This document shows positions 18,077-26,415 of a stretch of DNA of 64,000 nucleotides, in pieces (the first letter of the stretch is position 1; every line of letters begins with the position of its first letter). The DNA is from a bacterium (GTDB taxonomy: Bacteria > Patescibacteriota > Doudnabacteria > UBA920), in assembly GCA_016699995.1 (NCBI GenBank), contig CP064996.1, positions 330,357-394,356 of the forward strand. Reading direction: 5' to 3'. The notes below the pieces were generated by a model. It ran no database searches. It had not been told where the DNA came from and saw nothing but the letters and a program-made list of their open reading frames with translations. The position numbers were made by a program, and so were the translations under genes.

Positions 18077-18706
18077 ATGTATATAATTCTTGGCCAGGAG
18101 TGGGACTGGGATGACCTTGTTAATGAATGGTTTGAGGCTGCAGTAGAGACTCGAGAGTTTGCCGAAAAGGTTGTCACTCACTTGAAGAAAACTTCACCGT
18201 TTTGTTCGTTCAAGATTCTTGCAGCAGATGTAAATGGTTCGGATGTGTTTGATTTCGAGCCGCTGGAAGATCTGAACGATGAAGCGCTGAGCTTTTTCAT
18301 CAACGGCAGCCCGAAAGCGAGGCGACTCGTTTTTCGCTCGAACGATTATGGCCGAATGAGCTTCTGGCTCGAACTCGACAAATGCATGAACGGAACATGC
18401 GGTGAATGTTCTGGCATGGTCGAGCTCGTCTGGAATAAGTTCGTGACGGTTGAGAATCGCAGCGGGGGAACGTACAGCGCAGATAGCGGCGGTATGCGCT
18501 TTGATATTCCGGCATGCGATGTGGAAGAGATCGGTTCCAAACTATCGGAAATGTTCGGGGTGAGCTTCGAAGAATATGTTTCCCCTTCCCGGCAGCGTCG
18601 CAGGGAAGCAAAACAGAAAGCTTTGGAAGCGAGTTTTGCCAAGAACAAGCCGATAGCTACTTTGGGAGAGGTCTGGGGTCACAAGTTCCTGGGCTTAAAA
18701 GGTTAG
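18077..18706 (+). CDS. hypothetical Cys-containing protein (209 aa)
   Basis: TAGGAGAGATATG start. CMNGTCGECSG motif. Confidence 0.45.
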   Translation: MYIILGQEWDWDDLVNEWFEAAVETREFAEKVVTHLKKTSPFCSFKILAADVNGSDVFDFEPLEDLNDEALSFFINGSPKARRLVFRSNDYGRMSFWLELDKCMNGTCGECSGMVELVWNKFVTVENRSGGTYSADSGGMRFDIPACDVEEIGSKLSEMFGVSFEEYVSPSRQRRREAKQKALEASFAKNKPIATLGEVWGHKFLGLKG

Positions 18707-18816
18707 TGACCATATAACTGAGGTTTCCGAGAGATCCTTTGAAAATCTCTCATTCTTTTCCAGAACATAACATGATTGTGTTTTGAAAAAGGAGTTGCTC
18801 CTTCAAAAATAAAAAT

Positions 18817-19377
18817 ATGAAAAAAATAACAATCGCTTTCGTCGTTGTCGCTTTGTTTGTGTGTGTTGCTTCGGTTCGAAGCCAAGAAGCTCCTAAAAAC
18901 AGCTTCCATGGTTACGTTGAACCCGAAGTGGATAGCACTGGGACTGCGCGAGTCAAAGCTTTTGTTACTTACGGAGGTAAGACAAAGCTTGGCGCTTACT
19001 GCTGGGGGCAGACCAGCGAAGGGTATTCGCAGGTCTATTGCGGGCCGACCTACTCTTTTTCGAAAGGAGTACAGGTCGGGGTGGCGGTAGGAGCGGAAAC
19101 TGTGAAGAATTCGCTGCGCAAGGCTGGCTTTATATGGACAGGTAAAGGCAGATTTGCAAATCTGCTTGTTGTGGAGTCGGGCGGTTCCGGTCACTGGTAC
19201 AGAAACCAGGCTAGCTACCAAGCTAGTAAAGCCGTGAGTCTTTCGATCACATCCCAGAGATTCTCTGGTACCGGTCCTCGGGTCGATGTCACTCTTCCGA
19301 AAACCAGTCTCTCGGTTGGTGGAGAGTATCATTTTGCCACCCAAACCTCCCGGTTTGGCGTGAGGTATAGTTTTTAA
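18817..19377 (+). CDS. secreted hypothetical protein with signal peptide (186 aa), C-terminal aromatic residue
   Basis: MKKITIAFVVVALFVCVASVRS signal peptide. Gly/Ser/Thr-rich beta-like sequence ending in ...RYSF. Confidence 0.5.
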   Translation: MKKITIAFVVVALFVCVASVRSQEAPKNSFHGYVEPEVDSTGTARVKAFVTYGGKTKLGAYCWGQTSEGYSQVYCGPTYSFSKGVQVGVAVGAETVKNSLRKAGFIWTGKGRFANLLVVESGGSGHWYRNQASYQASKAVSLSITSQRFSGTGPRVDVTLPKTSLSVGGEYHFATQTSRFGVRYSF

Positions 19378-19410
19378 ACTGTACAAAGTTGAGTAACCAA
19401 CTTATTTCCC

Positions 19411-19446
19411 GTGCAACTTAGTTACTTAAGTTGCCTTCTTTTTTCA
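19411..19446 (+). terminator. rho-independent terminator
   Basis: caacttagttacttaagttgccttctttttt. Confidence 0.5.
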
Positions 19447-19539
19447 GAACATAATGCGTTGTGTTTTGAAAATTTAATTACAAAACAGGAGGAAAAGAGT
19501 TATGACAAGACAGAGGTTCTAACGAACAGGAGGTAAGTT

Positions 19540-19974
19540 TTGCGTAACGACATGTGTAAAGTGCTCACTGAGCGTGAGCGAGTAGGGTCTTCTAACAAGA
19601 GCTTAAAAACTGGTTTAAAGATTCATCCTAACATTTTTGACCCTGACCAGGATTACGGTTATCCTTCGCGTGTTTCCTTTAGTCGGTATCGTCATCATTA
19701 TTTCTATAAAGAATTTAGCGACAACGATAATCCCTTACGGCGCTATCTGCAAAAGCAGGTTGGTCGTCCTTGGGATGCGGTATATAGCGAAATCTGTGCA
19801 GTTGCTGATCGTCGTTCCTTGAGCGGCTATCATCTGCTGCAACATGTTGGATTTGAAGTTGAGTTAAACTGCTGGGTTTGTGACGGTGAGGTTTATGATC
19901 ATCCTTCATTGCCTCATAAGCCACGCGGCTTGTATGTTCATCCGGATACGGGGTTACTGTGTTCGCCTAAATAG
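19540..19974 (+). CDS. hypothetical protein (144 aa)
   Basis: ORF with ACAGGAGG upstream. CWVCDG motif. Confidence 0.4.
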   Translation: MRNDMCKVLTERERVGSSNKSLKTGLKIHPNIFDPDQDYGYPSRVSFSRYRHHYFYKEFSDNDNPLRRYLQKQVGRPWDAVYSEICAVADRRSLSGYHLLQHVGFEVELNCWVCDGEVYDHPSLPHKPRGLYVHPDTGLLCSPK

Positions 19975-20283
19975 TTGCAAATAGAGAGGGTTGATAACAC
20001 GTAAACCCTGAACCAGCCAAGGTGGGGGTAGGCGGCTCGACCGACCTGCTCGTCAGCTGAACTGCTGACCCACCAGAGGTGTCTGTAACGACAACAGTTC
20101 ATCAATTCTTGTGTTAGCGCACCTAGCGGCTGCGTCCCAATGGGGCGAGTCGGAGAAATGTTGTTTGTCCAAGCAAAGGTTCTGCCATGTGGTAATCACA
20201 AATGCACAATGCCTTTTGTAAAAAAGACATAGCAGGAGTGTAAAGCGAATCGCGCACGTTCGCATGGGTCGAAGACCTACGTG

Positions 20284-20331
20284 CCTAGACTGATTTTGAT
20301 GCAAATCAGAGTCAGTCTAGGATATCTTTTT
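20284..20331 (+). terminator. long-stem rho-independent terminator
   Basis: cctagactgattttgatgcaaatcagagtcagtctagg hairpin followed by atatctttttt. Confidence 0.55.
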
Positions 20332-20396
20332 TAGAACGCAATCTATAAAAAATAATTGTGTTTTGAAAAAGGAGTTACTCCTTCAAAAATAAAAAT

Positions 20397-20978
20397 ATGA
20401 AAAATATGACAGCAAAGGAAGCCGCATTGGAGTGGAGTTTGATGATTCTTTACTCGGTTATCCCGAGCAAGGAAACGTCCGCGCTGATGGAAAGGTTGGA
20501 AAAGTTAACGAAATGCGCCGAGGCCAAGCCTGAAGCTCGTGAAAGTTTTGCGAAAGCAAAAGCTATTTACGACAGTCTGGACGAAAGCAAAGCGCAGCAG
20601 ATTGTGATCGTTAACGATCCGGAAAATCTGGCCAAGTTCCAGCAGTTCCGGGATTACCTGATCGCTATCAGTGAGCACATCTCAGAATATAAGTACCAAG
20701 CGACAATCGAAGGTTGGGATAAACCGCGGGAATTCAAACTCCTGAGCGACGGCAGCATATTGTTCCAGTTGACGGTTTGCGGTTCTGATTGCAGGGGTTG
20801 TGCGAGGAGAGTCCGTGACGCAAGGTTTGCTGGTAGCAAGTCGGGCGTGGAAATGGAGATCATCACCGCCAGTGAGGGACAGAAATGGGTCGCTTTCGAG
20901 GGGCCAAAGGTTGGTAATTTGAATGAATATATCGAAAGTACACTTGGTATAAAAATTACTCAGCTTTCCAAAGGGTAG
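20397..20978 (+). CDS. hypothetical protein (193 aa)
   Basis: ORF preceded by the conserved leader shared with the 18817 gene. CGSDCRGC motif. Confidence 0.45.
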   Translation: MKNMTAKEAALEWSLMILYSVIPSKETSALMERLEKLTKCAEAKPEARESFAKAKAIYDSLDESKAQQIVIVNDPENLAKFQQFRDYLIAISEHISEYKYQATIEGWDKPREFKLLSDGSILFQLTVCGSDCRGCARRVRDARFAGSKSGVEMEIITASEGQKWVAFEGPKVGNLNEYIESTLGIKITQLSKG

Positions 20979-21027
20979 TCCTAAACTGGCGCAACCGAGC
21001 CAAAACGCGGTTGAAAAAAGGAGGAAT

Positions 21028-21267
21028 ATGGAAGGTTTGTTACAATACGTGGCGAGGTTGGGAGGAACAGTTCAGTTGATGGGTTTGGATTTTTTAATTA
21101 ATATTCCAAATACCCTGTCAACAGAGCAAGTTTTCCACTTTGCGATGTTTGTCGAATCTCTTAATGCCGATTCTGGCCATGATTTGTACATCCCGCCTGA
21201 TCAAGTGGCGTTCTTTCCGGACAATTCTATTGTCTTGAAAGGATCGGTTCACGAACCCAGGTGGTAA
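21028..21267 (+). CDS. hypothetical small protein (79 aa)
   Basis: AAAGGAGGaatATG. Confidence 0.4.
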   Translation: MEGLLQYVARLGGTVQLMGLDFLINIPNTLSTEQVFHFAMFVESLNADSGHDLYIPPDQVAFFPDNSIVLKGSVHEPRW

Positions 21268-21281
21268 CAATCATGTTAATG

Positions 21282-21312
21282 CGAACTGCAATTTAGTTCG
21301 CATCTCCTTCTT
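21282..21312 (+). terminator. rho-independent terminator
   Basis: atgcgaactgcaatttagttcgcat hairpin. Confidence 0.45.
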
Positions 21313-21356
21313 AGTAAAATTATTGTGCGGAACGTGCAAGTTAATTTTATTAAGAC

Positions 21357-21510
21357 GGGGATGACAGGCATTCGACAGGAAAGCCAGCCGGGCAGAAAGC
21401 AGGGATAAACAACCGTGAATCCGACTTGTGCTGCGACCTATGGCCGCTGAATCTGTAAAAACAGGCGTACGTTTTCTTGGATGCGGGTTCGATTCCCGCC
21501 ATCTCCACCA
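21357..21510 (+). ncRNA. ssrA: tmRNA-like mini gene (ssrA-like; tRNA-Ala-like ends, body unusually short)
   Basis: 5' GGGGAUGACAGGCAUUCGACAGG and 3' GGAUGCGGGUUCGAUUCCCGCCAUCUCCACCA closely match tmRNA termini. The acceptor has a G3.U70 wobble, there is a T-arm, and CCA is encoded. Only 154 nt separate the ends, and no canonical tag ORF is found. Confidence 0.5.
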
Positions 21511-21544
21511 TTTAAAACAAAAAACAAAACAGGAGGAACACGCT

Positions 21545-21757
21545 ATGAACCATAAAGAGTTCGAAGCAACCGTTGTGACAGTTTCTATGCTCGGCGCACT
21601 GGTGATCGTTATTATCAGCTTGCTGCCCGGTGTGGTGCTGTTTGGCCTTGCTCTCGCGGCAGTCGTCTTTGCTTTTTATAAGGCGGCGCGTCGAGACAAG
21701 GGAAACCAGGGGCAAGACCCTGCGGTGAAAGACCGAAAAGACTTGAGTGTTCCGTGA
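21545..21757 (+). CDS. small membrane protein (70 aa)
   Basis: ACAGGAGGaacacgctATG. One long hydrophobic helix plus a basic tail. The longer ORF in the provided track would overlap the tmRNA-like gene and is likely spurious at its 5' end. Confidence 0.4.
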   Translation: MNHKEFEATVVTVSMLGALVIVIISLLPGVVLFGLALAAVVFAFYKAARRDKGNQGQDPAVKDRKDLSVP

Positions 21758-21889
21758 TGTCACTCGATACCAATCGCATGGGAGAGACAACCTTTGCGAA
21801 AGAAGTATCATCAACATCACATCCTTTTTGCTGCAAGCAAGCATTTGTTTATAGCGAAAAGGATTATTCATTTATTATCTAACAGTAAT

Positions 21890-22567
21890 ATGAAGAACTA
21901 TAAACTACTTGGTCTATTAACCGCACTTAACATAACCTTTCAGCTAGTGTCAGACGTGACCGCCGGGAAAATTATAGAGTTGTTTACATTTCCGGTTTCC
22001 GTAACAGTGTTGTATTTTCCATTTGTATATATTTTGTCCGATGTTTTGACCGAGGTCTACGGCTATGCACGAGCCCGTCTGGTAACTTGGCTAACTTTAG
22101 CCTGCTCTGTCATTGCTGGCTTGGTATTTTACGTAGTAGCATATTTTCCATCACCGGAATTTTTTACTGCCAGCGAAGCTTATGCCACTGTGTTCGGTAT
22201 TGTTCCAAGAATTTTAATCGGTGGCTGGATCGCTGTGTTCGCAGGAGAAATTTTAAACAACTATGTCTTGGCTAAAATGAAGGTGTGGACCAAGGGTAAA
22301 CATCTTTGGATGCGCACCATTGGCTCTACAGTGTTTGGACAAGGCTTAAACACACTTTTGTTTTATATGATTGCGCTATCGGGAATATTGCCTATAAAAG
22401 TCTTGATTGTTTCGATTCTGTCGGCCTGGGCGATAAAGATCACTGTAGAAGTTGTATTTACCCCAATTACTTATTTTATAATTCGTAAAATTAAACAAGT
22501 AGAAGGCGAGGACTACTATGACGATAATACAAACTTTAGTCCGTTCAGTTTGAAGATTAAGGAGTAG
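21890..22567 (+). CDS. yhhQ: YhhQ/Vut-family (DUF165) queuosine-precursor transporter
   Basis: Six-TM protein. Conserved FPFVYILSDVLTEVYG and GQ..NT..F regions of PF02592. Start taken at the internal MKNYKLL. Confidence 0.65.
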   Translation: MKNYKLLGLLTALNITFQLVSDVTAGKIIELFTFPVSVTVLYFPFVYILSDVLTEVYGYARARLVTWLTLACSVIAGLVFYVVAYFPSPEFFTASEAYATVFGIVPRILIGGWIAVFAGEILNNYVLAKMKVWTKGKHLWMRTIGSTVFGQGLNTLLFYMIALSGILPIKVLIVSILSAWAIKITVEVVFTPITYFIIRKIKQVEGEDYYDDNTNFSPFSLKIKE

Positions 22568-22686
22568 TTCATGTGTATAATCCCCTTGACGCTTGGTCAT
22601 AAAATTGTTATATTAACACCTTCGGTCAATCCGAAGGATTATATCCGCGCAACCGGTCACCCTTAATTATCAACAGGAGGTGACAT

Positions 22687-22953
22687 ATGATAGCGATTTC
22701 AATTACGGCGCTCAACTATTTCCACAAAGCTCATTTTATGGGCAGTGGACGGATAAAACCGGTTGCGGAGTTTGGTTGCTACTATTGCGCTAAAATCTAT
22801 CGGCTCGACGAACATCCGATTCGAGAGTGGGTAGATGGAGGTTATACTGCATTGTGTCCAGTTTGCGGCATAGACAGCGTGATTCCTCGGCTGAGGAAAA
22901 TCGACTTCGATGTCCGCGACATGGAGGAGCTGTATACAGAAATGTTTTCATAA
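22687..22953 (+). CDS. small zinc-ribbon-like protein (88 aa)
   Basis: ACAGGAGGTgacatATG. CYYC...CPVC Cys pairs. Confidence 0.45.
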   Translation: MIAISITALNYFHKAHFMGSGRIKPVAEFGCYYCAKIYRLDEHPIREWVDGGYTALCPVCGIDSVIPRLRKIDFDVRDMEELYTEMFS

Positions 22954-23013
22954 ACCTGGTTCGCCAGGTTTTTTATTTTGGGCAAAATAAAAAGCCCTAG
23001 GATGAGGGCTAAG

Positions 23014-23355
23014 TTATGAGTGCCGATAATCTATAAGAACATCGTTTATGGTGACTTTCATTTCTCCGTCATTGATCACTTCGGGTAGAGGTGATTTAAA
23101 CAGCATTTGATGATAAGCAAACAACAGTTTGCGGTTCATCATTCCTTGGTCGTACAGCTCCACGAGAGCTGTGTGGCCGTTGTGCTTGTCGTTAAATTCG
23201 CACTGAAAATTATGTTCAGGGATTAAGATTCTGCCTAGTTTGTGACTGAGAACCATTTTAATTTCGTGCGCATGGTCGTTATTCATTAGGAGTTCATATG
23301 GTTGCAGACCGAACCCTAAACCCAATTCGACCGGATCATTAATTGCCTTTGCCAT
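23014..23355 (-). CDS. hypothetical protein (113 aa)
   Basis: Strong SD TAAGGAGGTcttATG on the minus strand. Confidence 0.5.
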   Translation of the reverse strand: MAKAINDPVELGLGFGLQPYELLMNNDHAHEIKMVLSHKLGRILIPEHNFQCEFNDKHNGHTALVELYDQGMMNRKLLFAYHQMLFKSPLPEVINDGEMKVTINDVLIDYRHS

Positions 23356-23466
23356 AAGACCTCCTTATGCACTGATCATTTGCCTTAATTGAATCATTTT
23401 TATAGGACTAGGTCAACGGATGGTAAAGGATTGGGATTTTAGCTCAGAATAATATAAAATGAATAT

Positions 23467-24732
23467 ATGAGATTTAACCAGGAACAAGCTAGAAATTTCC
23501 AGGCCGCTTTCCAAAACCGGCAGGATAACGAAGACCACGAGATCTTTCCAGGGGCTTCTGTCGAATTTGAAGCCATTAAGAAAACTATTCAGGAATACCT
23601 TCGCCGCGAACATAAGATTAATGAAGGCAATAACGGTGTTATTTTTAAAATTGAATTGGATAATCCTGATGAGGGTGGAGAAACAAAAGAATTTGCGGGT
23701 AAATTACTAAAGGTGGGGGATTATAATTCACTTCATAACGAATACTTAAACCAGAAGCAGGCTTACGATATTTTAGAGCAAGCCATCGCCGAAGGAGCCG
23801 ACCCCGCAGAGTATGCGAAGATCCCTGTACCATATTTTTGCGATTCCTTCGAAGCGGATGAAGGAATCAAAAAGCACCTAGAAGAAGAAGGGGTTAATAT
23901 AGGGGATAATAATTTTGGCCTACTGCTTATGGATTGGGTCGATGGCAGGGATGTTGCCACTCACTTGTTTAAGCGTGCCCTCGAGCTAAAAGAGAGCCGT
24001 TATTTAGAAACTATTCAGGCCAGCAATTTTAATCAGCTGCATCAGGCGGTAAGCCTGGAATTCGATTTTGCGCGGCCAGGCGGAAAGGCCACCCGCGAGG
24101 GTGATCGCATTTTTGAGCAGAGAAAAATTGAGGCCGAAAACGAAAAAAGAATTTACACATTCCTGAAAAAGAAAAATTACACTTTTCCCAAGGAAACGGT
24201 GCAGAGAATAAAAAACACCATCGACTTGTTAAAAGCAAATGGGTTGAATATGTGGGACAGTCATGCTCGCAATATCATGATTGATGATAACGAAGAGAAC
24301 CCGTACCTGATCGATTTTGCTCCTCAGACCGGAAAGGGAAATGGCGAGACTCTCGGACTGGATCCATATATTTTAGTTCGGCAACTAGAGGCGCTCACTA
24401 CCACTATTGAGGAAGAACACCAGATGGAAGCCGAAAGTAAATTTAAGGACTGGAGCGAAGATTATGACCGTCATGTAAAGAACTCTCGCTGGCGAACTAG
24501 ATTTATAGAAGAAACGGCAAATGGAGAAGTTTTCCTCCGGGCGGCTAAGCTAGAGATAGGCAGCGGGGTAAATTACGTAGACGATTATATTTTTGCTCTC
24601 TGCAATAAAGTAGAAACGGGAAAGATCGAACAGTCTGATGCGTTGCAAATGTTGCAAGAACTTATGGGCGAATATCTACAAAGCTGGCGCAAAGCTAAAA
24701 TCGAAATGGCAATTAAAAAAGCGAGTGAATAA
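23467..24732 (+). CDS. protein-kinase-like fold phosphotransferase (APH/CotS-like), 421 aa
   Basis: GLLLMDWVDG, catalytic-loop-like WDSHARNIMID and a DFG-equivalent LIDFA. Terminator hairpin gcgagtgaataatcactcgc overlaps the stop. Confidence 0.5.
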   Translation: MRFNQEQARNFQAAFQNRQDNEDHEIFPGASVEFEAIKKTIQEYLRREHKINEGNNGVIFKIELDNPDEGGETKEFAGKLLKVGDYNSLHNEYLNQKQAYDILEQAIAEGADPAEYAKIPVPYFCDSFEADEGIKKHLEEEGVNIGDNNFGLLLMDWVDGRDVATHLFKRALELKESRYLETIQASNFNQLHQAVSLEFDFARPGGKATREGDRIFEQRKIEAENEKRIYTFLKKKNYTFPKETVQRIKNTIDLLKANGLNMWDSHARNIMIDDNEENPYLIDFAPQTGKGNGETLGLDPYILVRQLEALTTTIEEEHQMEAESKFKDWSEDYDRHVKNSRWRTRFIEETANGEVFLRAAKLEIGSGVNYVDDYIFALCNKVETGKIEQSDALQMLQELMGEYLQSWRKAKIEMAIKKASE

Positions 24733-24945
24733 TCACTCGCTTTTATCTAATTGTTCGCTTTGTTCCAGTATTTCGACTTTCATCCGGCGGCCGGTTTTTT
24801 TATTCACGGTAGTAACCGAAGTCTCGGTTAGGATTACATCGTGAGTTTTCTTTCCGCTTTTGTGGATGTCTTTTTCGAACTCCTGAGTTTTGTCGGCCAA
24901 ATCCTCATTACGGAACAGCTTGGCTTTCTTCAGGTTCGTAGTCAT
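24733..24945 (-). CDS. hypothetical small charged protein (70 aa)
   Basis: GAGGGGGaatcATG SD on the minus strand. Confidence 0.4.
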   Translation of the reverse strand: MTTNLKKAKLFRNEDLADKTQEFEKDIHKSGKKTHDVILTETSVTTVNKKTGRRMKVEILEQSEQLDKSE

Positions 24946-25335
24946 GATTCCCCCTCAGCTACTTATATAAATTGCATTTGTTGAGTATTTAATGCTGCAT
25001 AACTATACCCTCTTTGACAAAAAAAGTCAACCGTAGTATAATTTCTTTAACTAAATATCCCAAGACAGTTGGTGGCTAATTCCCAAGAAAAAGCCTTAAA
25101 TGCCAGTAAAATGGCGACCCACCGAGGAACGACCCAGCGCTACTATAATATAGTGCGCGCGGATTTTGTAACTCGGCCAATTATAAAGAAGCCGAGTTTT
25201 ATTGTTTCTATAGCTGCTCGCATCACCGGCTTGGCCCGTAGTGAGCACATATGTTCCGGATTATTTAGAAGAAAGGTCGACAGGCCGGCGCTTGCATAAC
25301 AGCAGCGCGCGGTCCCTTCATAAAAGGAAAAAATT

Positions 25336-25854
25336 ATGGCAAAAACACGACAACAGAAAGAGCAAGATTTGCAGGAGCTTAACGATCGCGTAAAAGGCGC
25401 TAAGAGCATTGTTCTGGCAGACTATCGCGGCACTACTGTAAAAGAAATCGACACTTTCCGCCGCGCCCTTGGCAACGAAGGCGTGCAAAGCAAAGTCTAT
25501 AAGGTTTCTTTAGTTAAGAAAGCTTTCGAAGCTAATAACATCGACGCTTCCAGCCTCGATTACAAGACTCCAGTAATCTTGGCCGTTTCTGCCGATGATG
25601 AAGTCGCTCCGGCGCGCATCATCAAAAACGTTTCCAAAGATGTTAAGACAATTAATATCTTAAGCGGTGTGTTAGACGGTACCTTTGCCGGCCGCGAACA
25701 GGTTCTTGCTTTGGCTGAATTGCCAAGCAAAGACGAACTTCGCGCCAAGCTGGTTGGTACTATCAATGCCCCTGTCTCTGGCTTTGTAAATGTCTTAGCT
25801 GGAAATATCCGCGGTTTGATTAACGTATTGAACGCGGTTGCTCAAAAATCGTAA
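25336..25854 (+). CDS. rplJ: 50S ribosomal protein L10
   Basis: MAKTRQQKEQ...SIVLADYRGTTVKEIDTFRR... matches L10. The ~270-nt upstream untranslated region probably holds the L10 leader. Confidence 0.85.
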   Translation: MAKTRQQKEQDLQELNDRVKGAKSIVLADYRGTTVKEIDTFRRALGNEGVQSKVYKVSLVKKAFEANNIDASSLDYKTPVILAVSADDEVAPARIIKNVSKDVKTINILSGVLDGTFAGREQVLALAELPSKDELRAKLVGTINAPVSGFVNVLAGNIRGLINVLNAVAQKS

Positions 25855-25891
25855 GCCTTAGGCTTAACAGTAATTAATCGAAAGGAATATA

Positions 25892-26296
25892 ATGTCTGAA
25901 GAAAACAAGACTGTTGAAGTTCCAGCTAAGTTTACCGACTTGGTGGCTTCTATCGAAAAGCTCTCCGTATTGGAACTTTCCGAATTAGTAAAAGTATTAG
26001 AAGAAAAGTTTGGCGTTAGCGCTGCTGCTCCTATGATGATGGCCGGCGCTCCAGCTGCTGGCGGCGCTGCCGCTGCAGAAGAAAAAGATGAATTCAATGT
26101 AGAATTGACATCTGCTGGCGAAAGCAAGATCAACGTAATTAAAGTAGTTCGCGAAGTTACCGGCCTTGGCTTAAAAGAAGCTAAGGATATGGTAGATGGC
26201 GCTCCTCAGGTTGTAAAAGAAGGCGCTCCTAAAGCAGAAGCTGAAGAATTGAAGAAGAAATTGGAAGAAGCTGGCGCTACTGTTACCTTGAAGTAA
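25892..26296 (+). CDS. rplL: 50S ribosomal protein L7/L12
   Basis: Ala/Pro hinge and conserved C-terminal domain ...[22 protein letters not shown]...EAGATV. Confidence 0.9.
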   Translation: MSEENKTVEVPAKFTDLVASIEKLSVLELSELVKVLEEKFGVSAAAPMMMAGAPAAGGAAAAEEKDEFNVELTSAGESKINVIKVVREVTGLGLKEAKDMVDGAPQVVKEGAPKAEAEELKKKLEEAGATVTLK

Positions 26297-26305
26297 TAAC
26301 TTCTA

Positions 26306-26337
26306 TAAAAAAGACTCTCGAAAGAGGGTCTTTTTGT
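26306..26337 (+). terminator. rho-independent terminator after rplL
   Basis: aaaaagactctcgaaagagggtctttttg. Confidence 0.6.
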
Positions 26338-26415
26338 TTCCCTGGCTAGGTACCCTTGAATGTCATCGGTCTGGTATAATTAAATAAAGCTGAAATAAGC
26401 ATTAATTTTGATAAT

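Noticed and set aside
21428-21544. 5' part of the tracked 109-aa ORF overlapping the tmRNA-like gene.
   Set aside because: No SD. It overlaps a structured RNA. A perfect SD precedes the internal ATG at 21545, which gives a 70-aa membrane protein instead.
21780-21889. Looked for a preQ1 riboswitch upstream of the YhhQ-family transporter gene.
   Set aside because: Could not find the conserved preQ1-I hairpin plus the AAAAAACUA tail, or preQ1-II features, by eye. Left unannotated. A covariance-model scan would settle it.
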